NCBI GenBank assembly: GCA_031273825.1
Contig: JAISRB010000092.1
Coordinates: 1-52,163 of the forward strand
Origin: Clostridiales bacterium
GTDB lineage: Bacteria > Bacillota > Clostridia > Christensenellales > JAISNN01
Length of the DNA stretch: 52,163 bases
Reading direction: 5' to 3'
Position 1 is the stretch's first letter, and the number at the start of each line of letters is the position of its first letter. This document shows positions 17,251-26,310 of the stretch, piece after piece. The notes beneath the pieces were generated by a model. The model was not told where the DNA came from, made no database searches, and saw nothing but the letters and a program-made list of their open reading frames with translations. A program made the position numbers and the translations under genes.

Positions 17251-18996
17251 ATGAATTATATAAACGAAATAGCCAAGCTAATAAAAATTCAAGGCGTAGA
17301 GCCTTGCGACATAGAGTCGTCGCTTACAACGGCGGCGGATAGTTCCTTTGGGGACTATTCGCTGCCGTGTTTTAAGTTTTCAAAGGCGTTGCGGCAAGCT
17401 CCGAATGCAATCGCCGCGCGGATAGCCGACGGAATAGAGTCGGCAAAGCCTGACTTTTTGGAAAGCGTCGAGGCCGTCGGCGGCTACGTCAACTTTTCGC
17501 TTGACAAAAAGCTTTTTTCGACGCTGACGCTCGGCGAAATTTTTCAAAGGGCGGGAGAGTACGGCAATTCCGACGAGGGGGCGGGCAAGACGGTTTGCAT
17601 AGACTTTTCGTCGATAAATATCGCCAAGCCCTTTCATATAGGACATCTCGGAACGACGGTCATAGGCGCGGCTCTATACCGCATTTTTAAAAAACTCGGA
17701 TATAACGCCGTAGGCATAAATCACCTCGGCGACTTCGGAACTCAATTCGGCAAGCTCATCGTCGCCTACAAGCTGTGGGGCGACGCGGACGATATAAAAA
17801 AGCGGGGGCTAAAGGCTCTCGTAGACATATACGTCAGATTTCACAAGGAGGAGGAGCAAGACGCGGGTCTGACGGCTCGGGCGCGCGAATGGTTCTTAAA
17901 AATCGAAAGGGGTCAGGAGGAGGCCGTCGCGCTTTTTAATTTTTTTAAAGAGGTGACGATGAAGGAGGTCGAGCAAACCTATAGGCGTCTCGGCGTTACC
18001 TTTGACAGCTATGCCGGAGAGAGCTTTTATAACGACAAAATGCAACCCGTCATCGACGAGCTAAAGCAAAAAGACCTGCTAAAGCTCAGCGACGGCGCGT
18101 CTATCGTAGACCTCTCTCGGTTTGACATGCCGCCCTGCCTGATTTTGAGGAGCGACGGCGCGTCGCTCTACGCCACGCGCGATTTGGCGACAATTTTTTA
18201 TCGCAAAAAGACCTACGACTTCGACAAGTGCCTATATGTCGTCGCCTATCAGCAAAATCTGCATTTTAAGCAGGTGTTCAAGGTCATTGAGCTTTTGGGC
18301 TACGAATATCATAAGGATTTGATTCACGTCGCCTACGGCATGGTGTCGCTTGAGGACGGGGCCATGGCGACAAGAAAGGGCAATATGGTATACCTTAGCG
18401 ACGTTCTCGACCGCGCCGCTCAAAAATCGCTGGCGATAATACGCGAAAAATCGCCCGACTTAAAAGACGCGGAGGCGGTCGCCGAGGCCGTCGGGGTCAG
18501 CGCGGTCATCTTTAGCGCGCTCATAAACAACCGAATCAAGGACAACGTCTTTACCTACGAAAAAATTCTCAATTTTGACGGCGAAACCGGCCCGTATCTC
18601 CAATATACCTGCGCACGCTGTCACAGCATTATAGAAAAAGCCTTAGGAGCTTTTGCGGCGGACGGCTCGCAGGCCGCCCTATACCCGTCGCTTGCCGAAG
18701 CCCTAAAGTCCGCCGACGCGGACGCGCTGACCGCTCCGGACGCTTATGAGGTAATCAAGCTTTTGGGCAAATATCCCGACGTAATAAGAGCCGCAAAGGA
18801 AAACTACGAGCCGAGCTTAGTGACGCGGCATTTGATAGACATAGCGCAGAGCTACAACAAATTTTATTTTGACAACAGAATCCTCGACGAAAGAAGCGGG
18901 GTCAAAAACGCGCGCGTGGCAATCACCGCCGCCGTAAAAGAGGTGTTAAAAAACGGGTTTGAGGTTTTGGGTCTCCGCGTTGTCGAGAGAATGTAG
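17251..18996 (+). CDS. argS: Arginine--tRNA ligase
   Basis: The class I HIGH motif PFHIGHLGTTVIG is present, and the length and layout are ArgS-like. The start is at MNYINEIAKL (ATG 17251); the track's 17140 start overlaps the previous gene. Confidence 0.9.
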   Translation: MNYINEIAKLIKIQGVEPCDIESSLTTAADSSFGDYSLPCFKFSKALRQAPNAIAARIADGIESAKPDFLESVEAVGGYVNFSLDKKLFSTLTLGEIFQRAGEYGNSDEGAGKTVCIDFSSINIAKPFHIGHLGTTVIGAALYRIFKKLGYNAVGINHLGDFGTQFGKLIVAYKLWGDADDIKKRGLKALVDIYVRFHKEEEQDAGLTARAREWFLKIERGQEEAVALFNFFKEVTMKEVEQTYRRLGVTFDSYAGESFYNDKMQPVIDELKQKDLLKLSDGASIVDLSRFDMPPCLILRSDGASLYATRDLATIFYRKKTYDFDKCLYVVAYQQNLHFKQVFKVIELLGYEYHKDLIHVAYGMVSLEDGAMATRKGNMVYLSDVLDRAAQKSLAIIREKSPDLKDAEAVAEAVGVSAVIFSALINNRIKDNVFTYEKILNFDGETGPYLQYTCARCHSIIEKALGAFAADGSQAALYPSLAEALKSADADALTAPDAYEVIKLLGKYPDVIRAAKENYEPSLVTRHLIDIAQSYNKFYFDNRILDERSGVKNARVAITAAVKEVLKNGFEVLGLRVVERM

Positions 18997-19061
18997 CGCG
19001 GCGGGGCAACCTAAAAGCGCGGTTTTTGCCGCCCTTAAATAAAGCGAAATACGATTTGACA

Positions 19062-19091
19062 ACGGTTTGCCGACGGCTACCGTTTTTTTTT
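19062..19091 (+). terminator. Intrinsic terminator after argS
   Basis: acggt...accgt stem enclosing gccg-a-cggc, followed by T9. Confidence 0.55.
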
Positions 19092-19153
19092 AAGGGGCGA
19101 ACGCGTTTTCATGCGTTTGGTCTGAATAAAAATTAAAATTTTACGTAACGGGG

Positions 19154-19182
19154 TTGATTTTTGAGCGATAATGATTTATAAT
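19154..19182 (+). promoter_or_regulatory. SigmaA promoter upstream of the small ORF and LysR gene
   Basis: TTGATT (19154-19159), a 17-nt spacer, then TATAAT (19177-19182). Confidence 0.6.
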
Positions 19183-19215
19183 ATAGGCGGATAGATTTTT
19201 TGCGGAGAGTTTGAT

Positions 19216-19383
19216 ATGGAGAGAAGCATAGGTTTTCATTTTTTTAAGGCCGCGGCCGTCGGGAGAGACAACCAAGCCTTTCTTTGGATAGCGGCGGTTT
19301 TGGCGGCGGCGGTTGTCGCCGTAATACTTTACGCGACGGTTTTTTCGGCGTTAAAAAAGCGGGGGAATAAAAATGTCGGTTAA
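19216..19383 (+). CDS. Possible 55-aa small membrane protein (not in the ORF track, below its length cutoff)
   Basis: My translation is MERSIGFHFFKAAAVGRDNQAFLWIAAVLAAAVVAVILYATVFSALKKRGNKNVG. GGAGAG lies 8 nt upstream and there is one TM segment. It overlaps the LysR start by 11 nt. Confidence 0.3.
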   Translation: MERSIGFHFFKAAAVGRDNQAFLWIAAVLAAAVVAVILYATVFSALKKRGNKNVG

Positions 19384-20260
19384 TTTGGAGCTGTACAGGT
19401 TTTTTTATACCGTCGCAAGGTGCGGCTCGCTGACAAAGGCGGCGCAGGAGCTTTTTATTTCACAGCCGGCGATCAGTCAGTCGATAAAGCTTCTCGAGCA
19501 GCAGATAGGCGGCGCGCTCTTTGTCAGAACGGCTAAGGGCATGGAGCTTACCTATGAGGGCAAGGTTATATATGACTATATCGAGAGGGCCTACGAGCTT
19601 GTCGACGCCGCCGAGAGCAAATTTGCGCAGTTAAAAAACCTGAAATTCGGCTGTTTTACCATAGGCGCGAACGACACGCTGTGCAAAAACTTTTTGTTGA
19701 AGCATATATGCCGCTTTAACAAGCTATACCCCGACGTAAAAATTCAAATGACAAACCGCCCGACGGTCGACACAATCAAGCTGTTAAAAAACAGCAAGGC
19801 CGACATAGGCTTTGTCAATCTCCCTGCCGATACGGCGGGCTTGAATGTCGAGGAATGCTTCAAAATAAACGATATATTTGTCTGCGACGGGCGGCGTTAC
19901 GGGCAGATAAAAGCTCCGTTGCCGATAGAAGAAATAGCCGCCCTGCCGCTTATCGCAATCGAGCGGACCTCGACGACGAGAATGAGCGTAGACAATTTTT
20001 TTGCCGACAGGGATATTACGCTAAAGCCCGTGTTTGAGCTGTCGAGCCACGAGCTTGTCGTCGAGTTTGCAAAGGCGGGGTTGGGCGTAGGCTGTGTCGT
20101 CAGAGAGTTTGTCGGCGAGGAGCTAAAAAACGGAACGCTGTTTGAGCTTCCGCTTACCGAGAGCCTGCCGACGCGCGGAATAGGCTTAGTGACGCTAAAG
20201 GACGCGCCGATAAAATTTGCGGCGAAGCGTTTTGCCGAGATGATAATCGGAGACGCGTAG
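19373..20260 (+). CDS. LysR-family transcriptional regulator
   Basis: The N-terminal HTH reads LTKAAQELFISQPAISQSIKLLE. Length is 295 aa with a typical LysR substrate-binding region. Confidence 0.9.
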   Translation: MSVNLELYRFFYTVARCGSLTKAAQELFISQPAISQSIKLLEQQIGGALFVRTAKGMELTYEGKVIYDYIERAYELVDAAESKFAQLKNLKFGCFTIGANDTLCKNFLLKHICRFNKLYPDVKIQMTNRPTVDTIKLLKNSKADIGFVNLPADTAGLNVEECFKINDIFVCDGRRYGQIKAPLPIEEIAALPLIAIERTSTTRMSVDNFFADRDITLKPVFELSSHELVVEFAKAGLGVGCVVREFVGEELKNGTLFELPLTESLPTRGIGLVTLKDAPIKFAAKRFAEMIIGDA

Positions 20261-20275
20261 ATATAGGTGAATAGC

Positions 20276-23200
20276 ATGACAAATTTGATTAATCAAAAAA
20301 CCAAAGGAGAGGAGCTTATCAGGAGAGCGGTTTGCGTTTTTTTGGCGGTCGCGCTTTTGACGCTGACAACGGCGGCCTTTTCGGGTTGCAAGGAATGGTT
20401 TAAGCCCAAGCCCGCGACCTACAGCGTCACCTTTGTCATGAATAACGGCGAGCCTAACCGCGTCGTCAAATATACGGAGGGCGCGGTCATAGAGCCGCCG
20501 TCCGCCGAAAAATCCGGCTATAGCTTTTTGGGCTGGTATACCGATTCGGGCTTTTCTCAAAAATTTACCGACGGCGCGACGGCGGCCTCCGACATTACGC
20601 TTTATGCGAAATTTGAGGAAATAACGGTAATTATCAAAATAACCTTCGTCATGAATAACGGCGAGCCGGACTTGATAGCGGAATACGCCCCCGGCAGCGT
20701 CATAAGCTTGCCCCGGCCGAATAAGGACGGACACGTCTTTGACGGCTGGTACCGCGACGCGGATTTTTCGCAAAAGCTTGCCGACGGAACAAAGGCCAAC
20801 TTTGACAGAACGCTATACGCCAAATTTATAAAAATACATTCGGTTTCCGGCGGACTCTTTGACTTAGACGGAAATCCGATAAACGCCGGCTCGATTGCCG
20901 GTCTCGGCGAATATTCGGACGGAACGAGGGTGCAGCTTAGGGCGGTCATAGACGAGGGCTATGTCTTTGACGGTTGGTATAAGGACGGCGCGTATTATTC
21001 CTCCGACAAAAATATTACTATAACCGTAACCGCCGACGCGGTATATAACGTCAGAGTCGTCAGAGGCGTTACCGTCCGCGCGGACTACTTTGACGGCGTA
21101 GCCGGCGGCGTCTTAAAAATCAACGGTCAGGTCGTTTCGTCTTATTTGTCCGTCGAGGGGAGTAAGATTACGCTGAGCGCGGAGGTTCTGACGGGCTACG
21201 TATTCGACGGCTGGTACAAAGACGGCGGCGACTCGCTCTATTCCTCCGCGCCGTCGTTTGAGGAAACGCTTACGGGCGGCGGAACGGTTTTGTTTAAGGC
21301 TAAGTTTTCTTATGTCGGCTATGAAATCGAGACCGACGTATCGCCGACGGGCGGCGGCGGCATAACGCTTTCTCCGCAGCAAAGCTATTATCACATCAAC
21401 GATACCGTCACGGTTTTAGCGGCGGCGGCGCAGGGCTACTTTTTTGACGGGCTGTTTATCTTTGACGGCTCGGGGTACGTTTTGCTTTCCGATTCGCCGA
21501 ACGCGGAGCTTTTTGTCTCGCAGCTCGCGGAGTCGTTCGGAGAGCTGCCGAAGTTTTTGCTGAAAGCCGAATTTATCAACGCGGACAATTCCGCCGCGCG
21601 TTATTCATATGAGAGCGTGACGGGCGGCGTCAAAATAACCGGCGTTATATCGCCGTTCGCGTCGGTCAACGCCGCCGTTCCCGAAAGGATAAACGGGCTT
21701 ACCGTCTTGTCGATAGCTTGCTCGGCTTTTGACGGCGTCGACGGCGTAGAAATGCTGATTTTACCGTCGGGGCTGACGGAATTTAGCGGAGGAACAAACC
21801 CCTTCGGAGGAATGGCGGGGCTAAAATTTATAAGAGTAGCCTCGGGAAACGCGGCGTTTTCAAACGATGAAAACGGAATTTTGTACGACAAAAGCAAAAC
21901 AAAAATCATAAGCTGTCCGCGCTCCGCGGCGTTGACCTCTCTTGTTTTGCCCGTTTCCGTGCAAAGAATAGGCGCGGGGGCGTTTGAGGGGCAAAAAAAC
22001 ATAACGTCGGTGACGGCCTTAGCAAGCCTGTCAAATATCGGCAACTTTGCCTTTAGAGACGCTAAGGCGTTGACGCAAATAAGCGTCGCCTCGTCTCCGT
22101 CGTCCTTTGTCATAGACTCGTTCGCGTTTTTTGGTTGCGACAAGCTCGCGGTCGTCAATATAAATATAAGCGGAGCGGCCGCGGCCGTCGACGCAAACAA
22201 CCCGAGAAGCGCGCAAAGCTCGAGAATTATGCAGTGGGCCTTTTCGGGCTGCAAAAGCCTGACCGCGCAGGGCTTGACGCTAAACGGAATAAAGGGGCTG
22301 TATGACGAGCTGTTTGCCGGGTGCGTCCTCTTGACCGAGATATATCTGCCGTCGTCGCTGGTGTTTATCGCCGCCGACGCGCAAACTAACGCGGGGTCGG
22401 ATACCTTTAGAAATTCGGCTATTCAAAGCATATACGTCGACGGCGCGTCGGTTTGCTATGAGAGCGTCGACGGCGTTCTCTACGACAAATTTAACGCCGC
22501 CGAAAAGCGGCTGGTCAGGTGTCCCGAAATGAGAGCGGGGCATGTCGCCGTCTTAGACGGAACGGCAATCATAAACGACTACGCCTTTGCAAACTGCGCG
22601 TATGTCACGTCTATAGACGTTCCGTCAAGCGTCAGGGCTATAGGCGCGGGCGCGTTCTTAAAAAATATCAGTCTCGCCGTCTTTAGCATAGCGGCAAATT
22701 CGACGGTGTCTTCGATAAAGGACTACGCGTTTTTTGGCTGCTCGTCGCTTATGTCGCTGTCGCTCCCAAGCTCGGTTTTGACTATCGGCGAATATTCGAT
22801 AGCCGGCTGTTCGTCGCTTTTGACGCTCAACCTCGGCGAGGGGCTGACCGATTCGCATTCTACGTCCTTCAACGACTGTTCGTCTCTCGAGGTTCTTGCG
22901 TTTCCGTCGGCCATATTTGAGATAGGCGATCGTTTCGGGCCGAGATACGGCGTAGGCGTCGGCGACGACGGCGCAAACCCGCTGTTTTTGGGCTGTTCGT
23001 CTCTCCAAAACATATACGTCGGCATAGACTCGCCGCGCTATAGGTCGATAGACGGAGTTTTGTATAAGGGCGACAACGCCGAAAAGAACGAAATGCTTAT
23101 CAAGTGTCCCGAGACAAAAACCGGCTTGATAGAGGTCGCCTCCGATTATATAGTAAAGATAGCCAACTACGCGTTTTATAAGAGCGCGGTTTCGGAGGTG

Positions 23201-23692
23201 TGGTTCAACTTTTCTATCGCGCTTCAAAAGCCGCCTCTGCTATATATCGGCACGGCGGCGTTCGCCTATTCCGCGCTGAGCGCGATAGCTTTGCCGTCAA
23301 GCGTAATAGAGATAGGCGCGGAAGCGTTTTATGCCTGCTCCGGTTTGATTGTCGTAGGGCTGTCCTATGATTTAAAAAAAATAGGCGCGTCGGCCTTTTC
23401 GGGCTGCGCCTTTTCGGAGATAATCATTACGGAATATGTGACGGAAATCGGGAGCTTTGCCTTTTCTCATAACCTCAATCTGCAAGGCGTATATGTCAAG
23501 GCCGAAAACCCGCCCGCGATAGCTATTTTTAACGATAAGACGGGCGGACTTTTTGAGGGGTGCGTTCATTCGCAGTTTGCCGTTTACGTCAGAAAGAGCG
23601 GCTCGTCGTCCAACGTCAGCAAATATAAGGCGGTGACGGGCTGGAAGGACTATTCGTCCAAAATAACCGATTGGAACGAGGGAACGCTATGA
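20276..23692 (+). CDS. Large surface lipoprotein: Listeria-Bacteroides (Flg_new) repeats plus GYVFDGWYKDG repeats plus a BspA-type leucine-rich repeat region
   Basis: The lipobox is LTTAAFSGC. There are two repeats of the form TFVMNNGEP...G(Y/H)xFxGWY...TLYAKF, three ...GYVFDGWYKDG... modules, then many LRR_5-like units (I..IG..AF..C..L..I.LP.S). An AGGTG RBS precedes the ATG at 20276, with GTG 20267 as the alternative start. Confidence 0.85.
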   Translation: MTNLINQKTKGEELIRRAVCVFLAVALLTLTTAAFSGCKEWFKPKPATYSVTFVMNNGEPNRVVKYTEGAVIEPPSAEKSGYSFLGWYTDSGFSQKFTDGATAASDITLYAKFEEITVIIKITFVMNNGEPDLIAEYAPGSVISLPRPNKDGHVFDGWYRDADFSQKLADGTKANFDRTLYAKFIKIHSVSGGLFDLDGNPINAGSIAGLGEYSDGTRVQLRAVIDEGYVFDGWYKDGAYYSSDKNITITVTADAVYNVRVVRGVTVRADYFDGVAGGVLKINGQVVSSYLSVEGSKITLSAEVLTGYVFDGWYKDGGDSLYSSAPSFEETLTGGGTVLFKAKFSYVGYEIETDVSPTGGGGITLSPQQSYYHINDTVTVLAAAAQGYFFDGLFIFDGSGYVLLSDSPNAELFVSQLAESFGELPKFLLKAEFINADNSAARYSYESVTGGVKITGVISPFASVNAAVPERINGLTVLSIACSAFDGVDGVEMLILPSGLTEFSGGTNPFGGMAGLKFIRVASGNAAFSNDENGILYDKSKTKIISCPRSAALTSLVLPVSVQRIGAGAFEGQKNITSVTALASLSNIGNFAFRDAKALTQISVASSPSSFVIDSFAFFGCDKLAVVNINISGAAAAVDANNPRSAQSSRIMQWAFSGCKSLTAQGLTLNGIKGLYDELFAGCVLLTEIYLPSSLVFIAADAQTNAGSDTFRNSAIQSIYVDGASVCYESVDGVLYDKFNAAEKRLVRCPEMRAGHVAVLDGTAIINDYAFANCAYVTSIDVPSSVRAIGAGAFLKNISLAVFSIAANSTVSSIKDYAFFGCSSLMSLSLPSSVLTIGEYSIAGCSSLLTLNLGEGLTDSHSTSFNDCSSLEVLAFPSAIFEIGDRFGPRYGVGVGDDGANPLFLGCSSLQNIYVGIDSPRYRSIDGVLYKGDNAEKNEMLIKCPETKTGLIEVASDYIVKIANYAFYKSAVSEVWFNFSIALQKPPLLYIGTAAFAYSALSAIALPSSVIEIGAEAFYACSGLIVVGLSYDLKKIGASAFSGCAFSEIIITEYVTEIGSFAFSHNLNLQGVYVKAENPPAIAIFNDKTGGLFEGCVHSQFAVYVRKSGSSSNVSKYKAVTGWKDYSSKITDWNEGTL

Positions 23693-25323
23693 CGGCGCAC
23701 ATGTCGATGTATGAATTTCTCACAAGAGAGAGGCACGCCAAGGATTGGGATTCGTGGAACGCCGTCGTCTGCTTCGGCAAGCGGCTCAAATTCGGCCGTC
23801 TGATAGCCGGCATAGACGGCATAGCCTATTATCTGTCAAAAAACGGAATAAAAAAAGGCGACGGGGTGGCTATTTGCCTGCCCAATATCCCCCCCGCCGT
23901 CATGGCCTTTTACGCCGTCAACAAATGCGGGGCGGTGGCAAACATAATTCACCCCATGATAAGCGAATACGGCTTGCTTAATATCATCAAAAAGACCGCG
24001 CCCAAGCTGATTTTTATCGCCGATATCTTTTATGAAAAATATAAAACCGTGCTGTCTGATATCGGCATCGCCGTCGTCGTCTGCCCTATGAATAAATATG
24101 CGTCGCCGATAATAAAAATCGGAATAGCCGCAAAAAAGGCCAAGGAAAAGGTTCTCCCGATAGCCTACGGCGGCAAGGTCGCGCGCTTTGCCGACACGAT
24201 AAAAAAGCGCGGCAGGGTTGACGTCTGCACGGGCGGCGGCGACGTTGCCGCGTATCTGCACAGCGGAGGAACGACGGGCGAATCAAAGACCATAGTTTTG
24301 AGCAATTACGCCATAAACGCCGTCGCCATAAACGCCACGGCCGGACTCGGCTGTTCCATAGAGAACGATGCGGGCTTTATGGTTTTGCCGATATTTCACG
24401 GCTTTGGCTTAGCGATAAATATGCACGCCGCTTTGGGCTTCGGCTGTCGGATAGTAATGCTTCCGAAGTTTACCGTCAAGGAGGCCGTGCGGATTATAAA
24501 AAAAGAAAAAATAAGCTTTATAGTCGGCGTGCCGACCATGTACGAAAAGCTCCTCAACGACAAGCGGTTCAGACGGCTAAGCTGCAAAAATTTCAGGTTT
24601 TTGATATGCGGCGGCGATTCGCTAAACCCCGTATTCAGAGAAAAATTTGACGCTCACGTAGCGTCAAGGGGCGGCAAGGCGAGATTGCTCGAGGGCTACG
24701 GGCTGACCGAGATTGTGACGGTGTCGTCGTTCAACACGCCGTCGCAATACCGCGCGGGCTCCGTCGGCAAGCCGATTTTGGGAGTCGAGGCAAAAATCGT
24801 CGACGACAACGGAATAGAATTGCCGCGCGGCAGCTACGGCGAAATATTGCTCTCGGGTCCCGGGCTTATGGAGGGCTACTACAACGACGAAATAACGACA
24901 AACGAGGTAATCAAAACCGACGAAAACGGCAAAAGATGGCTCAAAACCGGCGACTGCGGACTTATCGACGACGACGGCTTTATTTTCTTTAAGGATCGCA
25001 TAAAGCGCATGATAATAATAGCCGGCGTAAACATTTTTCCCTCCGAGATAGAGGAGGTCGTGTCGCTCATGCCCGAGATAAAAATGTGCTGCGCCGTCGA
25101 GGGGCGCACTAAAGAAAACAAAATAATAATAAAGCTGTTTGTCGTTTTGAACGACGGCTACAAATATAGCCTCACCTTAGAAAACAAAATCATCAAGACC
25201 TGCGCCGACAACCTGATAAAATTTGCCGTTCCCGGCAAGGTCATCGCAAAAAAAAGCCTGCCCGTCACCATTGTCGGCAAGGTCAATTATAGATTGGTCG
25301 AGCAGATGAACGACGAGGAGTGA
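23689..25323 (+). CDS. AMP-dependent synthetase/ligase (acyl-CoA ligase family)
   Basis: The motifs YLHSGGTTGESK, GYGLTE and WLKTGDCG are present. The ATG overlaps the upstream stop (ATGA), suggesting translational coupling. Confidence 0.88.
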   Translation: MTAHMSMYEFLTRERHAKDWDSWNAVVCFGKRLKFGRLIAGIDGIAYYLSKNGIKKGDGVAICLPNIPPAVMAFYAVNKCGAVANIIHPMISEYGLLNIIKKTAPKLIFIADIFYEKYKTVLSDIGIAVVVCPMNKYASPIIKIGIAAKKAKEKVLPIAYGGKVARFADTIKKRGRVDVCTGGGDVAAYLHSGGTTGESKTIVLSNYAINAVAINATAGLGCSIENDAGFMVLPIFHGFGLAINMHAALGFGCRIVMLPKFTVKEAVRIIKKEKISFIVGVPTMYEKLLNDKRFRRLSCKNFRFLICGGDSLNPVFREKFDAHVASRGGKARLLEGYGLTEIVTVSSFNTPSQYRAGSVGKPILGVEAKIVDDNGIELPRGSYGEILLSGPGLMEGYYNDEITTNEVIKTDENGKRWLKTGDCGLIDDDGFIFFKDRIKRMIIIAGVNIFPSEIEEVVSLMPEIKMCCAVEGRTKENKIIIKLFVVLNDGYKYSLTLENKIIKTCADNLIKFAVPGKVIAKKSLPVTIVGKVNYRLVEQMNDEE

Positions 25324-26310
25324 TCACCGTTCGCCGCCGCATAACCTAAATTGTTTAATCAGCCGTTCCTTTATTTTATCCAAAAAGCCTTGCGGCCCCA
25401 GCACCCTGACGGTCGGGCCGAAGCTCAATATTCTGATAAGCAGCTCCGCTTCGTCGTCTAAGTCGTAGGATATTTGACAGGTATAAACGCCGCGTACTCT
25501 GTCGTATTCGGTCTTTCTGTCAAAGGAGGCGAACTGCAAAAAAAACCGCTCCGGCGCGTTTCTTTCGTTTGTTATCTCGAGCGTAATCGGCGGATTTGCC
25601 GACTGCTCCAAAAACAGCCGGCACAATTCTTCGCGCGATATGCGGCGGTTTAGTCCGGACGGCGCGGCGGATATGACGCGCCCGAGATTCAAGGTTCGCT
25701 TGACGGGCTTTTGAGCCTTTGCGTCGAATACGGCGCACAGCAGTCGGAATTTGTCGTCCAATTCGGAATAGCTGAGCTTGAAGGGGTAATAAGTCCGCTC
25801 CGATACGCCCGTCTTTTCGGCGGCGTAGGCGATTGCGACGGGGTAGCCGCCCTTGCAGGCCTTCAAAATTTCGCGGAAATTCGCGATATAGACCGCGTCG
25901 CCGTAAGGGTCGCCGTCAAGGCGTTTGTCCGCGGAGACAAAGTCGGCCGCGTCGAACGCGGGCGTGGTTTCCTTTAGCGCGCCGCGAAGCCTTGTCAGGC
26001 TTTCGCCGCTCAAAAACAGCCCTATTCGCGGGTCGTTAGTCAGGGCGGCAAGCCACGACAGCTCAAGCCGCGTCAGGGGCCGCTCAAAACCGCCGTCAAA
26101 TTTTGAATAATATAGGTCGCCGCGCCTTTCGAGAAAGCTCCATTCGCCGCCGATTAGCCCGGGCAGCAGATGAAACGCGGTTTCCGAAAAGCCGCGCTCG
26201 GCTATGATGCTCTCGATATCTTTTTTTGATATTCCGTCCCTCGCCGCGTTCAAAACGCGCGAAACGATTCCGAAATAACAGCCGTAAATTTCAGAAAAAA
26301 GCGCGCTCAT
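25324..26310 (-). CDS. WYL-type regulator paralogue B (degenerate WYL core plus WCX-like C-terminal domain)
   Basis: The WYL-like segment is RTYYPFKLSYSELDDKFRLLCAVFD...LNLGRVISA. The C-terminal segment LIRILSFGPTVRVLGPQGFLDKIKERL resembles the WCX extension of WYL regulators. Assigned by motif recollection only. Confidence 0.65.
   Translation of the reverse strand: MSALFSEIYGCYFGIVSRVLNAARDGISKKDIESIIAERGFSETAFHLLPGLIGGEWSFLERRGDLYYSKFDGGFERPLTRLELSWLAALTNDPRIGLFLSGESLTRLRGALKETTPAFDAADFVSADKRLDGDPYGDAVYIANFREILKACKGGYPVAIAYAAEKTGVSERTYYPFKLSYSELDDKFRLLCAVFDAKAQKPVKRTLNLGRVISAAPSGLNRRISREELCRLFLEQSANPPITLEITNERNAPERFFLQFASFDRKTEYDRVRGVYTCQISYDLDDEAELLIRILSFGPTVRVLGPQGFLDKIKERLIKQFRLCGGER

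Noticed and set aside
20195-22254. Minus-strand ORFs 20195-20773, 20602-20949 and 21601-22254 inside the LysR/LRR genes
   Set aside because: They are antisense to well-supported genes and have no RBS or motifs.
25318-25329. Convergent acyl-CoA ligase and WYL genes abut with adjacent stop codons (TGA|TCA, forming TGATCA) and zero intergenic bases
   Set aside because: I considered a mis-called or fused gene. Both frames end cleanly with plausible C-termini, so I noted this only as absence of a terminator between convergent units.
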